From: an uncultured virus (IMG/VR IMGVR_UViG_3300027020_000013)
Lineage: Duplodnaviria > Heunggongvirae > Uroviricota > Caudoviricetes
DNA length: 20,000 nucleotides
IMG/VR virus record: IMGVR_UViG_3300027020_000013
Reading direction: 5' to 3' (one strand)
Shown here in pieces: positions 1-7,652 of this stretch (position 1 is its first letter; each line of letters begins with the position of its first letter). The notes under the pieces were generated by a model. The model ran no database searches. It saw only the letters and a program-made list of their open reading frames with translations, and was not told the DNA's origin. The position numbers were made by a program, and so were the translations under genes.

Positions 1-332
1 TAGAAGTCCCCAATTGCCCAGGTGTTTATGATTATCTGTCCTATGACGTAATCATCAATATCAATACGTTAGATAACTCTGGCATTCCAGTAGTTGATCT
101 GGCTCCGTTCATGACTGCAATTCACAACAATTACGACCACGATTGTAAAGAATGGTCTTTGAATATTGATGAGATCAAATTGCGTGTGGGTATGATGCCG
201 GAACCCATCGCAATCGGTAAACTAGACGTAGATCTTCCTGGTCATCGGTTCTTCTTGAAAGAATCGAATAGTCCCGGTTTCGGAACCGGTCTATACACCT
301 ATACTAACAAGCTGCCAACCAAATTCCCGTAA
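1..332 (+). CDS. Hypothetical protein, 5'-truncated; C-terminal region resembles that of the next gene
   Basis: The frame of ORF 111..332 is open back to the window edge (EVPNCPGVYDYLSYDVIININTLDNSGIPVVDLAPFM...). Stop TAA at 330-332 overlaps the SD of the next gene. Confidence 0.75.
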   Translation, partial: EVPNCPGVYDYLSYDVIININTLDNSGIPVVDLAPFMTAIHNNYDHDCKEWSLNIDEIKLRVGMMPEPIAIGKLDVDLPGHRFFLKESNSPGFGTGLYTYTNKLPTKFP

Positions 333-340
333 GGATTCAT

Positions 341-1594
341 ATGTCGATCTGTAGTTTCGTTTCTGAACTGTTCTGGGGCAAGAAAGAACCTGTAACTCCA
401 GCTGCGCCTGCGAAGAAACCACCAGAAACTTTCTGCCGTACCAACCGCTACCAAGAGTGGTTGGATGCGATGTCGAAGGATATCAAGAATACAAAAGCTG
501 ATCTGGTTGAGATCCATTGCTTTGACGACCCGGCACGGTATCGTGGTTTGATCCAAGGGGAAAATAATCTCGAACACAATATGCACTTGTTCAACTGTGA
601 TACACTAGAACAAGTCACGCTGTCGGATATCTACGAGAAAGGTATCTCCAGCGGCGCGTATTACTCAACTAGTCTTATTGAGTGGGGTAGTAAATATAGC
701 CACTTAGAACTGACTTCGTTAGAACGGAATTCGACGGAAGAGAAAGATCCGGCTACTTTCGAAGTAATCCCTCGATTCGAGAACAAATGTACTTATCGTA
801 AACGCAGGGGGCGGCACGACTACTATCCTTACCGCGCCCTCCCTGACTCAAGCGATTCTTGGATGTATAAGGGGCTAAGAGATACCTACGCAAGATGGGA
901 ACTGGCTAACCGTTGGAATCTGGAAAAATACATCGTTATTGGTGAACTGTCCCCCACCCGGTTATTGCTGGTGTCATTCGAGGATCGGGGACAGATAAAA
1001 AATCGTACATTCAACATGAATGTACGGTACTATGTCTACGATACCGAAGAAAAGAAAATCATCGGTGAAGCTGGACAACACGTGTGGGTCATGTTGCCGT
1101 TAATTGACCGTTACAAGAAATTCCGTTTGTTCGATGTAGCACTCGGTGACTATGTTGAACTATTTGATCCTATCCGTGTGTCGAAGCTTGCAGCTGATGA
1201 AGACCAGGGCCAGGAAGCCTACGTAGCGCTGTTAGAAGGCAAGTTGGCAAATACCTTCACTCGTCAACGGTATCGCGTCGAAGTCGACTCAGAGATGCTC
1301 TATCGAGACGTCATCGTGGATCTGACCACGTTGTACGCGGCTGTTGCAGAACGGCTTAAGTTAGAAGGGTGTGAACTGGATGGGCGACTATTTGTGGACA
1401 ACATTCGTTACAAGCGTTTGGATGGTTCGGAGCACTCACCTAACACAGCAGGCTTTGCTACGATTGGTGCTGAGCCATATCTTCCGAAATGGGAACGCAC
1501 TACACGTGACCGTTGTCAGCATACGCATGTCTGGTACTACAGTGGTCCATACATCATCACAAACGAATTGTATCCGGTGGAACCTACTTACTAA
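341..1594 (+). CDS. Hypothetical protein (417 aa)
   Basis: Long ORF; SD AAGGA just upstream of ATG 341; no recognisable catalytic motif. Confidence 0.85.
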   Translation: MSICSFVSELFWGKKEPVTPAAPAKKPPETFCRTNRYQEWLDAMSKDIKNTKADLVEIHCFDDPARYRGLIQGENNLEHNMHLFNCDTLEQVTLSDIYEKGISSGAYYSTSLIEWGSKYSHLELTSLERNSTEEKDPATFEVIPRFENKCTYRKRRGRHDYYPYRALPDSSDSWMYKGLRDTYARWELANRWNLEKYIVIGELSPTRLLLVSFEDRGQIKNRTFNMNVRYYVYDTEEKKIIGEAGQHVWVMLPLIDRYKKFRLFDVALGDYVELFDPIRVSKLAADEDQGQEAYVALLEGKLANTFTRQRYRVEVDSEMLYRDVIVDLTTLYAAVAERLKLEGCELDGRLFVDNIRYKRLDGSEHSPNTAGFATIGAEPYLPKWERTTRDRCQHTHVWYYSGPYIITNELYPVEPTY

Positions 1595-1607
1595 TGGCAT
1601 GATTTAA

Positions 1608-1656
1608 ACTAATTAAAAGGCTATATTACAATCGTGAATATAGCCCTTTTAATAGT
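1608..1656 (+). promoter_or_regulatory. Putative phiKZ-type early promoter (TATATTAC) inside a ~20-bp imperfect inverted repeat
   Basis: TATATTAC at 1622-1629 in an AT-rich intergenic gap. Arms actaattaaaaggctatatt (1608-1627) and aatatagcccttttaatagt (1637-1656) are near reverse complements. Confidence 0.65.
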
Positions 1657-1668
1657 AAGGATTACGCC

Positions 1669-1962
1669 ATGGAATTCCCTGTTTCGCAGCACACTTCCCG
1701 TGAACGCATTGTTCAGAAAGTCTCTTACGGTGTGATGGACATCACAATCAACACTGGTCTGACTTTCCCAGCCAAGTTGGCTGAAATCCGTCGTCAAGTT
1801 CTTGACCGTCGGACTAAGCAAGGTGAACACCCAGAAATCCTGCAATGGATTCGGGATTCGAGCAACAAAGACTTCTACGTGTTCGTACAAGACTGCCTGA
1901 AGGATCAAAGCTCGGAAGGGCGTCCGATCCAGATGCCTCGTCTTGACGATTACGTAGTATGA
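1669..1962 (+). CDS. Hypothetical protein (97 aa), probably monocistronic early gene
   Basis: SD TAAGGA before ATG 1669; promoter-like motif upstream and hairpin downstream. Confidence 0.8.
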   Translation: MEFPVSQHTSRERIVQKVSYGVMDITINTGLTFPAKLAEIRRQVLDRRTKQGEHPEILQWIRDSSNKDFYVFVQDCLKDQSSEGRPIQMPRLDDYVV

Positions 1963-1974
1963 AACCCATGGCTT

Positions 1975-2004
1975 AGGCTTACCCACAAGGTAAGCCTTTA
2001 TGCC
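1975..2004 (+). terminator. Stem-loop followed by TTATGCC
   Basis: aggcttacc-cacaa-ggtaagcct, 9-bp perfect stem, then ttatgcc, directly after the stop at 1962. Confidence 0.6.
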
Positions 2005-2020
2005 GCCAGAGATCGCTATA

Positions 2021-2305
2021 ATGGATGTACTAGAGCTGTGGAAGCTCTGCGTGCTAGAGACTGCGCGTCTCTTCCTACAAGGAGCTGAAGAACAAGAACT
2101 ACGAAAAGTTGTAAAACACCTGAACATCATACTCAACACTGAGTTGGTGTTTGATCCTGCTGTCAGTCGAGCTATGGCATTGCTGGAAGCCATAACGTTC
2201 CAGATACATGCCTCGTTTGACCATCACGGAGACAGAGACATCTTGCCCTCCGCACAACGCTTAAATCTCATCCAGCTACAACTCAAAACTATCCGACGAC
2301 CGTAA
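2021..2305 (+). CDS. Hypothetical helical protein
   Basis: ORF 2000..2305. ATG 2000 lies in the hairpin tail, so ATG 2021 is preferred; start uncertain. Confidence 0.65.
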   Translation: MDVLELWKLCVLETARLFLQGAEEQELRKVVKHLNIILNTELVFDPAVSRAMALLEAITFQIHASFDHHGDRDILPSAQRLNLIQLQLKTIRRP

Positions 2306-2348
2306 CAATACGGGAGCCGGAATAATAACTCATTCCAAGGAGGTTCCC

Positions 2349-2714
2349 ATGTGCAAAGCACTTTATCTTAACCTGACCGATAGCACTGTTGTTTATGAAG
2401 ACCTGATCCCAGTTGGACAAGATGCTGAGAAGCTCAAGTTCACCCTGGTTGATCGGTTCTCTCGTAAACCTATCGATCGCTCCATGACCATTACCGCTAC
2501 TGACAAGCGCCATGAAGGCGTTGAAGTATCGTCGGTGGTAATGCATGGTGAAAATGATTCCACTCTGCAAGCTCTGTACGACTGGTGGCACAAGTGTGAG
2601 ATCCATGAGATCGAACTCGAGTGGTATCACATCGACAGTGCTAAAGTGGATATCCGTGTAAAGGGTAACCCTAAGCACGTAGTGAACTATGCGTTGAAAG
2701 TTGAACCCGTATAG
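2349..2714 (+). CDS. Hypothetical protein (121 aa, beta-rich pattern)
   Basis: Strong SD AAGGAGG upstream of ATG 2349; followed by a terminator. Confidence 0.85.
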   Translation: MCKALYLNLTDSTVVYEDLIPVGQDAEKLKFTLVDRFSRKPIDRSMTITATDKRHEGVEVSSVVMHGENDSTLQALYDWWHKCEIHEIELEWYHIDSAKVDIRVKGNPKHVVNYALKVEPV

Positions 2715-2727
2715 TTCTTCCTATTCA

Positions 2728-2787
2728 GGATGGACTCCTCTGGCCTTCGGGTTAGGGGAGTCCATCCACTACTCTTTTTATTTTTTA
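2728..2787 (+). terminator. Intrinsic terminator, 18-bp stem with cUUCGg tetraloop
   Basis: ggatggactcctctggcc-TTCG-ggttaggggagtccatcc (3 G-U pairs), then a T-rich tract ctttttatttttt. Confidence 0.85.
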
Positions 2788-2914
2788 TACTCAGCTCCCC
2801 CTTAGTATAGGTGAACGACTACACTAAGAGCAAAGGAGTGGGGCTTTTTATCGTAACATGGTTGCATAGCAACATCCTTATCCTTAAAACTAACAACAAC
2901 CTGGAGTAACTAAG

Positions 2915-3295
2915 TTGAACCTAGTTGCACGTATTCCCGTATTGGACGCTGGCAAAGAGTCCAAACTCCTTTTCAAAGATGGCACTGAAATTGAAAAGGT
3001 TATCAGCTGCAAGCTATTGGATGCACATGGCGAAGAAGTCAAGGATTACCTCATCTGCAACGAGGCCATTATCCCTGGCGTGTACCAACGAACGATCTAT
3101 CGTAAGGGTCGTGAAGAATCTGTAAAGCTGGGTAGCCTGATGCTAGACATCGGTACTGGGCATTATTTTCTGAAGCTCGAGAACCCAATGGATCGTCCTG
3201 CCGGTGTCGATCTTCATCTCATCATCCAACCGAAGGAAAGCAAATGTACGAAATGTCAATCCGCAGATTGCCAGTCGACGATAGCAGCGGCGTGA
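2915..3295 (+). CDS. Hypothetical protein, beta-rich paralogue family, C-terminal CxxC-x4-C
   Basis: TTG start with SD GGAG at 2903-2906; 126 aa. Confidence 0.8.
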   Translation: MNLVARIPVLDAGKESKLLFKDGTEIEKVISCKLLDAHGEEVKDYLICNEAIIPGVYQRTIYRKGREESVKLGSLMLDIGTGHYFLKLENPMDRPAGVDLHLIIQPKESKCTKCQSADCQSTIAAA

Positions 3296-3711
3296 AGCAA
3301 GTTATCGTTCAAGTTCCAATCATGGGATCTGAATGCTATCAACTGCCGGAGATGCTTGGGGTTGATGCCAGTAAGATTCAGTGGATTACACCAGTCCAAG
3401 TGTCGGAGCAATACACAGGTATCCCAGCAAAAGGGTTTACTTTCTGCCTCCAACCAAATTGGACTGAGCGCGGTACAGCCCAGGTCGTTACTGTTGTCTA
3501 CAACCTACAGAAAGTTTCGTCTGTAATGTTCGGTGGTCCACACAAACGGATCGTTACTGACAATGCTGCTCTCGATGCTATTATTCCAGTAGAACTGGGT
3601 GCGGCTATCGAACGTTGTACTATTGCTTTCCTCGTACAAATCGAGGATACCCATGAAGACGTCGATAACCCTGGATTACTCCAATCGGGGCGTTGTATCG
3701 GGACGGTCTAA
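3244..3711 (+). CDS. Hypothetical protein, beta-rich paralogue family
   Basis: SD AAGGA before ATG 3244; WITP...GxPxxxF segment shared with 4027..4443. Confidence 0.8.
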   Translation: MYEMSIRRLPVDDSSGVKQVIVQVPIMGSECYQLPEMLGVDASKIQWITPVQVSEQYTGIPAKGFTFCLQPNWTERGTAQVVTVVYNLQKVSSVMFGGPHKRIVTDNAALDAIIPVELGAAIERCTIAFLVQIEDTHEDVDNPGLLQSGRCIGTV

Positions 3712-4030
3712 TTCCCTGGTACACATAGGTTCACCAGATCACACGTTCATTGATGCTAATGTACTGTCGATCACACAAGGGCCACAGAACTATGAATCTG
3801 AGCTGGGTGTTTATAAAGAACCCCAGCTTGAGTTCCCCAATCGGATTGTGTTTATTTTCTTTGATCGCATCCAAAACGAGATGATTGCTGAGCTGGAAGT
3901 TGAATTACAGCTCAAGCGAATGCGTTGGATTAAACCTGTTAGCATGCGTCGGTTAACGCCTTTCCAAACCGTGTTGGAACTATCGCAAGATCCAGCTATT
4001 CCATCGCATCTATGGAGTATAGCGGTATGA
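3653..4030 (+). CDS. Hypothetical protein, possibly same family
   Basis: SD GAGGA 3643-3647, ATG 3653 (MKTSITLDY...); ATGA overlap with the next gene. Confidence 0.75.
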   Translation: MKTSITLDYSNRGVVSGRSNSLVHIGSPDHTFIDANVLSITQGPQNYESELGVYKEPQLEFPNRIVFIFFDRIQNEMIAELEVELQLKRMRWIKPVSMRRLTPFQTVLELSQDPAIPSHLWSIAV

Positions 4031-4443
4031 TAGAACTAACCATTGGTTTGTACGACGACTGCATTGGTGATCTAGGGAGTTGTGTTCGAGGCACTGAAGA
4101 CAAAACCTTAGGGAAACCTTTTTGGATTACACCGGGATTGACTTTCGAAACAGATGGTCAACCGGTACATGCATTTAAAACAGTACCCACGTTACACTCG
4201 TATGAAGGAATCAAACAATTCCAGATTTGGGATAAGCGGAGTCAGTCCAATAGGAAACTAGTGGCTACGATTACGGTAGATACAGCTAAGGACCAGTATC
4301 ATGTTAAACTGGAACCTTATTACCAACGTCGTAGGTTGAACATGACTTTCCATGTACATGGCGAGTATAACCGACCTCCTGCTCCTGTGGCATTCCATAA
4401 CAAAACCCATCACGGCGATTGGGTATTCGATAACACGATCTGA
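4027..4443 (+). CDS. Hypothetical protein, beta-rich paralogue family
   Basis: SD GGAG at 4014-4017; ATG 4027 overlaps the previous stop; HSY..K...I...R...L.ATI motif shared with 12220..12807. Confidence 0.8.
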   Translation: MIELTIGLYDDCIGDLGSCVRGTEDKTLGKPFWITPGLTFETDGQPVHAFKTVPTLHSYEGIKQFQIWDKRSQSNRKLVATITVDTAKDQYHVKLEPYYQRRRLNMTFHVHGEYNRPPAPVAFHNKTHHGDWVFDNTI

Positions 4444-4445
4444 TT

Positions 4446-4655
4446 ATGCCTACTAAAACAGAGTTGATTGAAAAGCAACGTGAAGATATTGATTTGCTGA
4501 TCCAAACTAACGAGGATCTGGTAAAGCAAATGTCAGCGTTGCTTAAACGTGAGACCGAGATGGAAAAGCGTTTAGATACGTTGGGTCGAAAGTACGAACG
4601 ATTGCTGGAAAAAGTTAATGGGCACACACGTAAAGTGGGAGTCCCTCGGAGGTAA
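4446..4655 (+). CDS. Small coiled-coil protein
   Basis: 69 aa with heptad-like L/I/M spacing; tightly packed between neighbours. Confidence 0.75.
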   Translation: MPTKTELIEKQREDIDLLIQTNEDLVKQMSALLKRETEMEKRLDTLGRKYERLLEKVNGHTRKVGVPRR

Positions 4656-4656
4656 G

Positions 4657-5118
4657 ATGTTGCATCCTGTAGTAGCACGAAAACATTTCGCAGATGTAGG
4701 AATCGATATCCGATCTAACACGTACATCCCAGAAGGTTCGGTTAACGCACATCTGGTGGAAAAGATCTTGATGCGTGAAGCCCGATGGCTATCACGTAAC
4801 AAAGCTGGTGTACTGGTAGGCTTCGATCCTAAAGAAGACCTCCAGATCGGTTCCCGTTTGGTATTGAATCAAAACGGTACTGTCCAAGCCACCGATGTGT
4901 TCTGGTCTAACCTACATGGCGATGAATCAACCTCTCTCACAGAACTGGTAACCACGGGCCACGATACAACTGTCGCTAAAGCTCGCGAAACACACGGCTT
5001 CATCATGTTGGGTGAAGCCTTGCGTGGCTGGGGTATGGGTTCTTCACCTGAAGGTGATGTCATTGCCCTCTGCCGTAATCACGTAGCCAGTGTCACACAC
5101 ATCGAACGTAACCTTTAA
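4657..5118 (+). CDS. Hypothetical protein
   Basis: SD GGAGG at 4648-4652, ATG 4657 (MLHPVVAR...). Confidence 0.8.
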   Translation: MLHPVVARKHFADVGIDIRSNTYIPEGSVNAHLVEKILMREARWLSRNKAGVLVGFDPKEDLQIGSRLVLNQNGTVQATDVFWSNLHGDESTSLTELVTTGHDTTVAKARETHGFIMLGEALRGWGMGSSPEGDVIALCRNHVASVTHIERNL

Positions 5119-5126
5119 GGAAACAA

Positions 5127-5582
5127 ATGTCTACTATTCTTTACGTGTTGGATGAACAGCACTTTGATGCAATTGCTGCCCACTTACCGCTGGTCAGTAC
5201 ACCACCAGAGTCACCACGTTGGTGCACTGGCATTGGACCTGAATGTCCGCTTTACGATTTCCTGGATAAACACCTGGAACGCATTGAACACGATCAACCG
5301 ATCGATTGTGAAAAGGTCATTGCCCCAGCTGGTAAGATGTTGATGGGTGTCACCTGCGCTTGGCGTGACGACGGTGAATTCAAAAGCATGGACTGTGATC
5401 TGTTCGCCCCACACAAGGAATACGAAACTCCATTGCGTTCGATTATCGGGCAAATGTACGGGCTGGCTAACTATCTGGTAGCCCCTGCACTGCGTCCCAA
5501 AAAGACCACTGCTTTGGGCTGGCAGCTCATGACAGAGGAAGAAGGATATCGTGTATTGCGCCTGCGAGGGCTGCACGAATAA
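5127..5582 (+). CDS. Hypothetical protein (151 aa)
   Basis: SD TAAGGA before ATG 5127. Confidence 0.8.
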   Translation: MSTILYVLDEQHFDAIAAHLPLVSTPPESPRWCTGIGPECPLYDFLDKHLERIEHDQPIDCEKVIAPAGKMLMGVTCAWRDDGEFKSMDCDLFAPHKEYETPLRSIIGQMYGLANYLVAPALRPKKTTALGWQLMTEEEGYRVLRLRGLHE

Positions 5583-5626
5583 TGGCTTGAGTGCCATTAT
5601 ATTCTGATCCTTCAACATGAGGCAAC

Positions 5627-6001
5627 GTGATGCAATGTTTAACACACGTACTGAGGTCGTTGGTTCTTGTAACCGCACTTGCGGTTTCAGGCAATGCGAT
5701 GGCAACAGAGACGGTTGTCGCGGATAATAACTACTGTGATAGTTTGGCCTTGATGGCTAAAGCTGGAGCAGAAGCAAAATCGCGCGGGGAGTCCCAGCAA
5801 CAATGGCGCTCTAACCTTCTCTCCCTAAAGGGATACGTTGTGAAGAATAAAGATAACGTTCTTTACAGCATTCTTCCTAAAGCGGTAACAGAAGTAGATC
5901 GTGTTTATCAGGAACGTAAAACTCCGATGGATACGTATCAAACTTCATACGTCAGCTGTATGGCGAATGACTACGGCAAAACAGTCGTACTCAACTATTG
6001 A
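5627..6001 (+). CDS. Putative exported (Sec signal peptide) helical protein
   Basis: N-terminus RSLVLVTALAVSGNAMA with an AxA cleavage site; two Cys in the mature part; SD GAGG upstream. Confidence 0.75.
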   Translation: MMQCLTHVLRSLVLVTALAVSGNAMATETVVADNNYCDSLALMAKAGAEAKSRGESQQQWRSNLLSLKGYVVKNKDNVLYSILPKAVTEVDRVYQERKTPMDTYQTSYVSCMANDYGKTVVLNY

Positions 6002-6006
6002 TGTTT

Positions 6007-6034
6007 GGCCTTCCTTCGGGAGGGCCTTATGTCC
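6007..6034 (+). terminator. cUUCGg stem-loop followed by TTATGTCC
   Basis: ggccttcc-TTCG-ggagggcc then ttatgtcc. Confidence 0.65.
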
Positions 6035-6050
6035 CATTGGAGCAAAAGAG

Positions 6051-6224
6051 ATGTGGGCTGCTTATCTAGTTGCCTTTGTTATATTCGTATTTGGTGCGTT
6101 GATCTTCTTCGGTCCACGTGAAGAATACCTGGATGCTGATGACATCGGTCGTTCTCACAAAGACGAGAAGTTCCCTGGTTTGGTAATGATGCTGGTGGCT
6201 ATTTTAATCTGCATCTGGGTGTGA
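6051..6224 (+). CDS. Small membrane protein, 2 predicted TM helices
   Basis: SD GGAG, ATG 6051 (MWAAYLVAFVIFVFGALIFF...GLVMMLVAILICIWV). Confidence 0.75.
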   Translation: MWAAYLVAFVIFVFGALIFFGPREEYLDADDIGRSHKDEKFPGLVMMLVAILICIWV

Positions 6225-6243
6225 AGTGCAAAAAGTTTGAAAT

Positions 6244-6262
6244 CTATATCACTACTTTGAAT
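6244..6262 (+). promoter_or_regulatory. Putative early promoter, second copy (CTATATCAC-N5-TGAAT)
   Basis: Matches 1621-1639 (CTATATTAC-N5-TGAAT) in core, spacing and downstream TGAAT; AT-rich gap upstream of sspB. Confidence 0.6.
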
Positions 6263-6288
6263 TCTAACGCTAAAATTGGAGTAAGACA

Positions 6289-6981
6289 ATGCTGCAAGCC
6301 GCACCTGAGCTGAACATGACCCGTGCCGTAATGAACACCATGATCCAGTGGTTCATCGACATGGATATGCCACGTCGTATCCTGTTGGTTGCTGATGCCC
6401 GCATGTTTGATGTCGGTATCATGGAACCTGAAGTAAACGGGCTGTATCAGATCAAACTGAACATCGCTGCAAACGCAACCAAGAATTTCAGCTACAATGA
6501 AGAAAACTTCAGCTTCAACTGTGGCTACAATCGTCAAGACGTTTTCGTAGAAGTTCCGTACGCTGCTGTACTGGGTTTCATCGTTCCGACTTCCGATTCG
6601 ACTCAAAGCTTCCTGCCTATCCCGAATGTCGAGCGTGAACTGCTGGGTATTCAACTCCGTGAAGAACTGCAAGACCTTCTGGCCCAAAGTGGTATGCAAG
6701 GTCCGATGGGTGATATGGAAGGTGACACACTGCCCGATGGTGCTTACGCAGTGCATGGCGTAGAACCACTGACGCATGATGAAGACGGCAATCAACTGCC
6801 GACGCTTCAAGAGTTGATGAAACGCAAGCCTCTGGCACAACGTCCTGCTGCACCTGCACCAAAAGAACAACCCAAACCACTCCTCGACTTCGGCGACGTT
6901 GGTGGCTTCTCGCTGCCTACTCCACGTAAACGTCGTGTATGTCCGCCACACCTGCGTGTTATCCAAGGGGGTAAAGCGTGA
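6289..6981 (+). CDS. sspB: SspB-like ClpXP adaptor (stringent starvation protein B homologue)
   Basis: W..D..P..L.V, QIKLNIAANATKN, FN...VEVPYAAVL match the SspB core (QIVLNIAPRAVGN / VSVPLAAVL). Acidic/Pro linker and C-terminal PPHLRVIQGGKA resemble the ClpX-binding LRVVK tail. Confidence 0.85.
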   Translation: MLQAAPELNMTRAVMNTMIQWFIDMDMPRRILLVADARMFDVGIMEPEVNGLYQIKLNIAANATKNFSYNEENFSFNCGYNRQDVFVEVPYAAVLGFIVPTSDSTQSFLPIPNVERELLGIQLREELQDLLAQSGMQGPMGDMEGDTLPDGAYAVHGVEPLTHDEDGNQLPTLQELMKRKPLAQRPAAPAPKEQPKPLLDFGDVGGFSLPTPRKRRVCPPHLRVIQGGKA

Positions 6982-7652
6982 ACCTGGATCGTCTGGTTCC
7001 TGCTGTACGTAAGACAGCGGTATTCGATTTCATGGCAAAGACTCCACGGTTCACACCCGTGGATCTTTACGCCCTTAACGACATGTTCTATAAGGACTTG
7101 ATCTGGTGCCCTGAGGAAACTCTGGTACACTCGGAAGAGCTCCATCGAATCGTCTTCAACTTCCTTCCGGTGCACCGCCAGAATAACGGACACCTATACC
7201 ACATGGATGTTAGTACTCGTCAATATACACATGCTCCGAATATGGAGCAAGTTGGTAACGACATGGTACCGTTTGTGGACATGGTTGAACGTGGACTAAT
7301 GGACCAAGTTATGGATTGGGGTCTCCGCCTTTCCAAACTCGCTGGTGCATACAGCTACGAGCAGCTCCAGCCATATGTCGATGCGACTGTCGTGGGTGTT
7401 AATACGAACAAGGTTGGCTTCACTAACCTGCTCGAAGTAACTGTTGTACTAAATGTTCGTTATGACGTTTTCGCCCTGATGTACGACAACGAAGAGTTCC
7501 ACTGGACTCTTACAGACCAGAAGCTGGAACCAACCAAAGAAGGGGTGAACCACATATCTTCTCCCGAAGCAATTGATGCATTCTACGAATACGTACAAGC
7601 TGCCGGTGAAAACTGGGACAGTGTCGTTACAATCCAACCTGGGCTTAACTGA
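6978..7652 (+). CDS. Hypothetical protein (224 aa)
   Basis: GTGA overlap with the sspB stop; TGATG overlap with the next gene. Confidence 0.8.
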   Translation: MNLDRLVPAVRKTAVFDFMAKTPRFTPVDLYALNDMFYKDLIWCPEETLVHSEELHRIVFNFLPVHRQNNGHLYHMDVSTRQYTHAPNMEQVGNDMVPFVDMVERGLMDQVMDWGLRLSKLAGAYSYEQLQPYVDATVVGVNTNKVGFTNLLEVTVVLNVRYDVFALMYDNEEFHWTLTDQKLEPTKEGVNHISSPEAIDAFYEYVQAAGENWDSVVTIQPGLN

